Assembly: GCF_001194135.2 (NCBI RefSeq)
Contig: NC_068985.1
Coordinates: 31,364,513 to 31,428,512 of the forward strand
Length of the DNA stretch: 64,000 bases
Direction: 5' to 3'
Origin: Octopus bimaculoides
Taxonomy: Eukaryota
In this document: in pieces, positions 60,389 through 64,000 of the stretch
Numbering within the stretch: the first letter of the stretch is position 1
How the letters are laid out: each line of letters starts with the position of its first letter
The notes under the pieces: generated by a model
The model's database searches: none
Seen by the model: the letters and a program-made list of their open reading frames with translations, nothing else
Told to the model about the DNA's origin: nothing
Made by a program: the position numbers and the translations under genes

Positions 60389-60964
60389 GGCACTATCATG
60401 CTATTATTAGCTGTCAGAAGTGAAAGTGCTCACTGCTAGTGAAGTATCTGTCTGTCTGCCTGCATGCCTGTTGATTCTTTGGCTACTGACAGCTAATACC
60501 ATGACTGGCCGGAGCGAGCTATATGTCTGTCTGTCTCTCTCTCTCTCTATCTATCTATTACTCGAAAGTTCCCGCGTCCGCGCTAGCTAGTCGTGAGTGG
60601 TCGATCCTATTATTTTTAAACTTCAAACTTCATTTGTTTTCTATTTTGATAAATTCTCTCTGTTGAAAATTATATTTTTATATTTTAAATAATTTGCAAT
60701 TTCAGGAAATATGTTTTTATATTAAATTTGTGTTTTCTACTCACGACTAGCTAGCGCGGACGCGCGAACTTTCGAGTAATAGATAGATAGATAGATATAG
60801 AGACAGACAGACAGACAGATAGCTCGCTCCGGCCAGTCATGGTATTAGCTGTCAGTAGCCAAAGAATCGACAGGCCAGCAACAGGCATACAGGCAGACAG
60901 ACAGATACTTCACTAGCAGGCAGTGAGCACTTTCACTTCTGACAGCTAATAGCATGATAGTGCC
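60389..60964. mobile_element. Merlin-type foldback MITE with about 210-bp TIRs
   Basis: GGCACTATCATG..CATGATAGTGCC, perfect 8-bp TSD GGGATTTT. Confidence 0.88.
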
Positions 60965-62607
60965 GGGATTTTATATAAATTAGAAAGTCTTAAGGAAGAA
61001 TGTATGACGTGAAAACAGGAGTTGTATTAAAATTCAATCTTAAAGTTAGGCACTCTGACATACCTACACAATTGTGCTCCACCCGCCTTTGTTTTCTCAA
61101 GAGATATATACGTGATGTGTGTGTGTCCGTATGTATGCCTGACAAACCAATTTCGTTTCTTCTCAACTTCCTCAAAAATGGCCATTTCCTTATGAAATTT
61201 TCTACAAGTACCTTTCAGACGGTGTGAATAACGATTATATCAGAATTTAATGTGAAAAAAAGGAGAAAAAAAAAACCGCAGGCTCGCACACATACATACT
61301 GACACACATGACATATCTACAAAATGAAACTTGAAATTTCGAAAAAAATTGGGCCAAAAATTGTGATGTATGTATGCATACATACATGCAGGCATGCCCA
61401 ACAATATATTTTTCACATTAAATTCTGATGTAGTGATAATGAACACCATCTGAAAGGTATTTTGTAGAAATTTTATTCATCAAAAAAGATGGATCTAGTT
61501 AAATTCATTAACAAAATTAGCCCTCTTTAATTTTGCTCAGATTGTTTTCAATTTTGGTGTATTGATGCAGTTCTGAATTTTGATTTCGCTCGACTTATTA
61601 CTTTATCCCGTAAATTAAAGAATCTGAAGTTATTTGGAATTAAAGTTGGGAAAATTTTGGTAATTTTAACCAACCAACAGACAGCGAAGCATTAACAGCT
61701 TGTTACCATAACAATCGCACGTTGTGTGGATTCTTCAAGTCGGACCAGAATGAACCATTCTGTATTTTTATTGGATTAATTGGGAAATCTCATAAGGAAT
61801 CGGTTTATCGATTTTTCCATTCATCGATTGNNNNNNNNNNNNNNNNNNNNNNNNNNNNNNNNNNNNNNNNNNNNNNNNNNNNNNNNNNNNNNNNNNNNNN
61901 NNNNNNNNNNNNNNNNNNNNNNNNNNNNNNNNNNNNNNNNNNNNNNNNNNNNNNNNNNNNNNNNNNNNNNNNNNNNNNNNNNNNNNNNNNNNNNNNNNNN
62001 NNNNNNNNNNNNNNNNNNNNNNNNNNNNNNNNNNNNNNNNNNNNNNNNNNNNNNNNNNNNNNNNNNNNNNNNNNNNNNNNNNNNNNNNNNNNNNNNNNNN
62101 NNNNNNNNNNNNNNNNNNNNNNNNNNNNNNNNNNNNNNNNNNNNNNNNNNNNNNNNNNNNNNNNNNNNNNNNNNNNNNNNNNNNNNNNNNNNNNNNNNNN
62201 NNNNNNNNNNNNNNNNNNNNNNNNNNNNNNNNNNNNNNNNNNNNNNNNNNNNNNNNNNNNNNNNNNNNNNNNNNNNNNNNNNNNNNNNNNNNNNNNNNNN
62301 NNNNNNNNNNNNNNNNNNNNNNNNNNNNNNNNNNNNNACCCCTTGGCCCATGGGTTGGGAACCTTTACTGCAAGGAAAATAGAACACCCAAAAGGTCTCT
62401 CAATCCTCTGTGTCAGAAGAGGTTATGTTTGGATCACAACTAAGCCTTAACCTAACCCTAAGCTAACCTAGCGAAGGGGGGCTCGGGAGCCTCTAAAAGG
62501 CAGCAACTACTCCCAATCTAGGAGTACTATCGGTCAAGGCTGCATCGAAGATATGCATTGGAGAAGGTTGCCTCGAAGATCTGCATTGGAGAAAGTTTGC
62601 ACACTAT

Positions 62608-62782
62608 TATCATCATCATCATTTAACGTCCGCTTTCCATGCTAGCATGGGTTGGACGATTTGACTGAGGACTGGCGAACCAGATGGCTGCATCAGGTTC
62701 CAATCTGATCTGGCATAGTTTCTACAGCTGGATGCCCTTCCTAACGCCAACCACTCCGAGAGTGTAGTGGGTGCTTTTACGT
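62608..62782 (-). mobile_element. RTE LINE 3' end
   Basis: Same family tail as 33052-33262. Confidence 0.85.
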
Positions 62783-63449
62783 TTGCATTAACAAATCAAC
62801 ACTGGTTGCCAACTGATATGGGACAAACACACACACATGAAAGGCTTTTCAGGTTCCATCTACCAATTCCACTCACAAGGCTTTGATTGGCCCAAGGCTA
62901 TAGTAGAAGACACTTGTGCAAGGTGTCATGTAATGGGACTGAACCCAAAACCATGTGTTTGTTTCTTATCACACTGCCATGCCTTTGCCTATCTTAAAAA
63001 GGACATGTTGATCATTGTAGTCTTACATATGCAAAAGGGCTACCAAATCTTAACTTGCCTTATAACTTATATCAATGACCGAAGTAGATTGACCTGGCTC
63101 ATAAAAAAAGGGGTGTTTGTAAAGTTTTGTTATGAGAATTCATAATTGCAGCACCATTTATTGTACTTTATTAAAGTAAATTTCATACATAAAATAAGTT
63201 TCAGAAACTTTACTTCCATTTCATTTCTTAATTTTCTTTTAAGCTTTTGCAATAAATTAAAAGAGATTCAGCTTCAGATGTAAATTGTTTTGATGCACCC
63301 AAACATTCCATCAGTTTGGAAGCTGAATTGTATTCTTTGATTGGGTAAGAACATTTCAAATAGAGAAAAGGGTATACATTTCTTAGATTTTCAAAACTTT
63401 TTGGTAATGTTTATTTCAGTTGTTTGAATTGTTATGATTGAAGTGAGTG

Positions 63450-63900
63450 TTCTAATACCTTGATGATGAGGAGGTGGAAAGTGAAGTGTTCCTAGTAGTT
63501 TAGTTGATAAAACATGAGGTATGGTCAGTGTTAAAGTTTTGAAAATTAAATGACCACATGGGCAGTGAGACCAAAGATATATGTAGGCAGGCCTTGTGAA
63601 AGTGGAGACAATTGATAGGAGCTCCTACAATTGTTGATTTGAACTCGGCCTACCTACAGATTCATATGGATGAGAAAGTGTGAAAATAGTAGCTGGTAGA
63701 ATATAATAGCAAGACTAGGATGGTGGCTCAGACTGAACCTCTTGCTAAACATCATAGCAACAATACTTGAGACAATATTGGGAGAAGTGGGGTTTCTAAC
63801 TTCTACAGAGATGAAAAGAAGATAAGGCCAACATCCTAGTCCTACAAAGATCACAGAGGGAGTGACATCTGGTTTGGTGGATGAATGTCTATGAAATGGT
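63450..63900 (+). mobile_element. Decayed LTR-retrotransposon reverse transcriptase fragment
   Basis: KWRQLIGAPTIVDLNSAYLQIHMDEK (RT D..AY.Q motif), multiple stops. Confidence 0.55.
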
Positions 63901-64000
63901 GTGAGTTGGGAATTAAGCTGGATTTATTTTTTTATTGTAGATAGTTAAACAGAAAATGATTTTTGTTAACTTGCTGCCATGTGAAGTGTTCTTTAGATCA

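Overview
AT-rich, repeat-dense animal genomic DNA. It is most likely octopus, inferred from the SINE/RTE repertoire and gene content. N gaps lie at 727-737, 11086-11844, 21320-21366, 24110-24329, 30913-31261, 36267-36461 and 61831-62337. I reconstructed two minus-strand genes by hand from splice sites and phases. (1) PRDM10: 13 coding exons over 25635-45174, about 1474 aa, with a Q/S/N-rich N-terminus, zinc knuckle, PR/SET domain and 12 C2H2 fingers; it needs a 20/23-nt microexon to keep frame. (2) TMEM218, a ciliary transition-zone protein: 3 coding exons over 7274-17214, 117 aa, not shown in the ORF track, with a GC-AG first intron and an RFX X-box plus CCAAT promoter. The rest is mobile DNA: a short LTR element with three tandem tRNA-Trp primer binding sites, a related solo LTR, many Merlin-type MITEs (GG..CC ends, 8-bp TSDs, several carrying telomere-like repeats), mariners, piggyBac and hAT remnants, two RTE LINE families and tRNA-derived SINEs. 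Comparisons with human proteins are from memory, not database searches.
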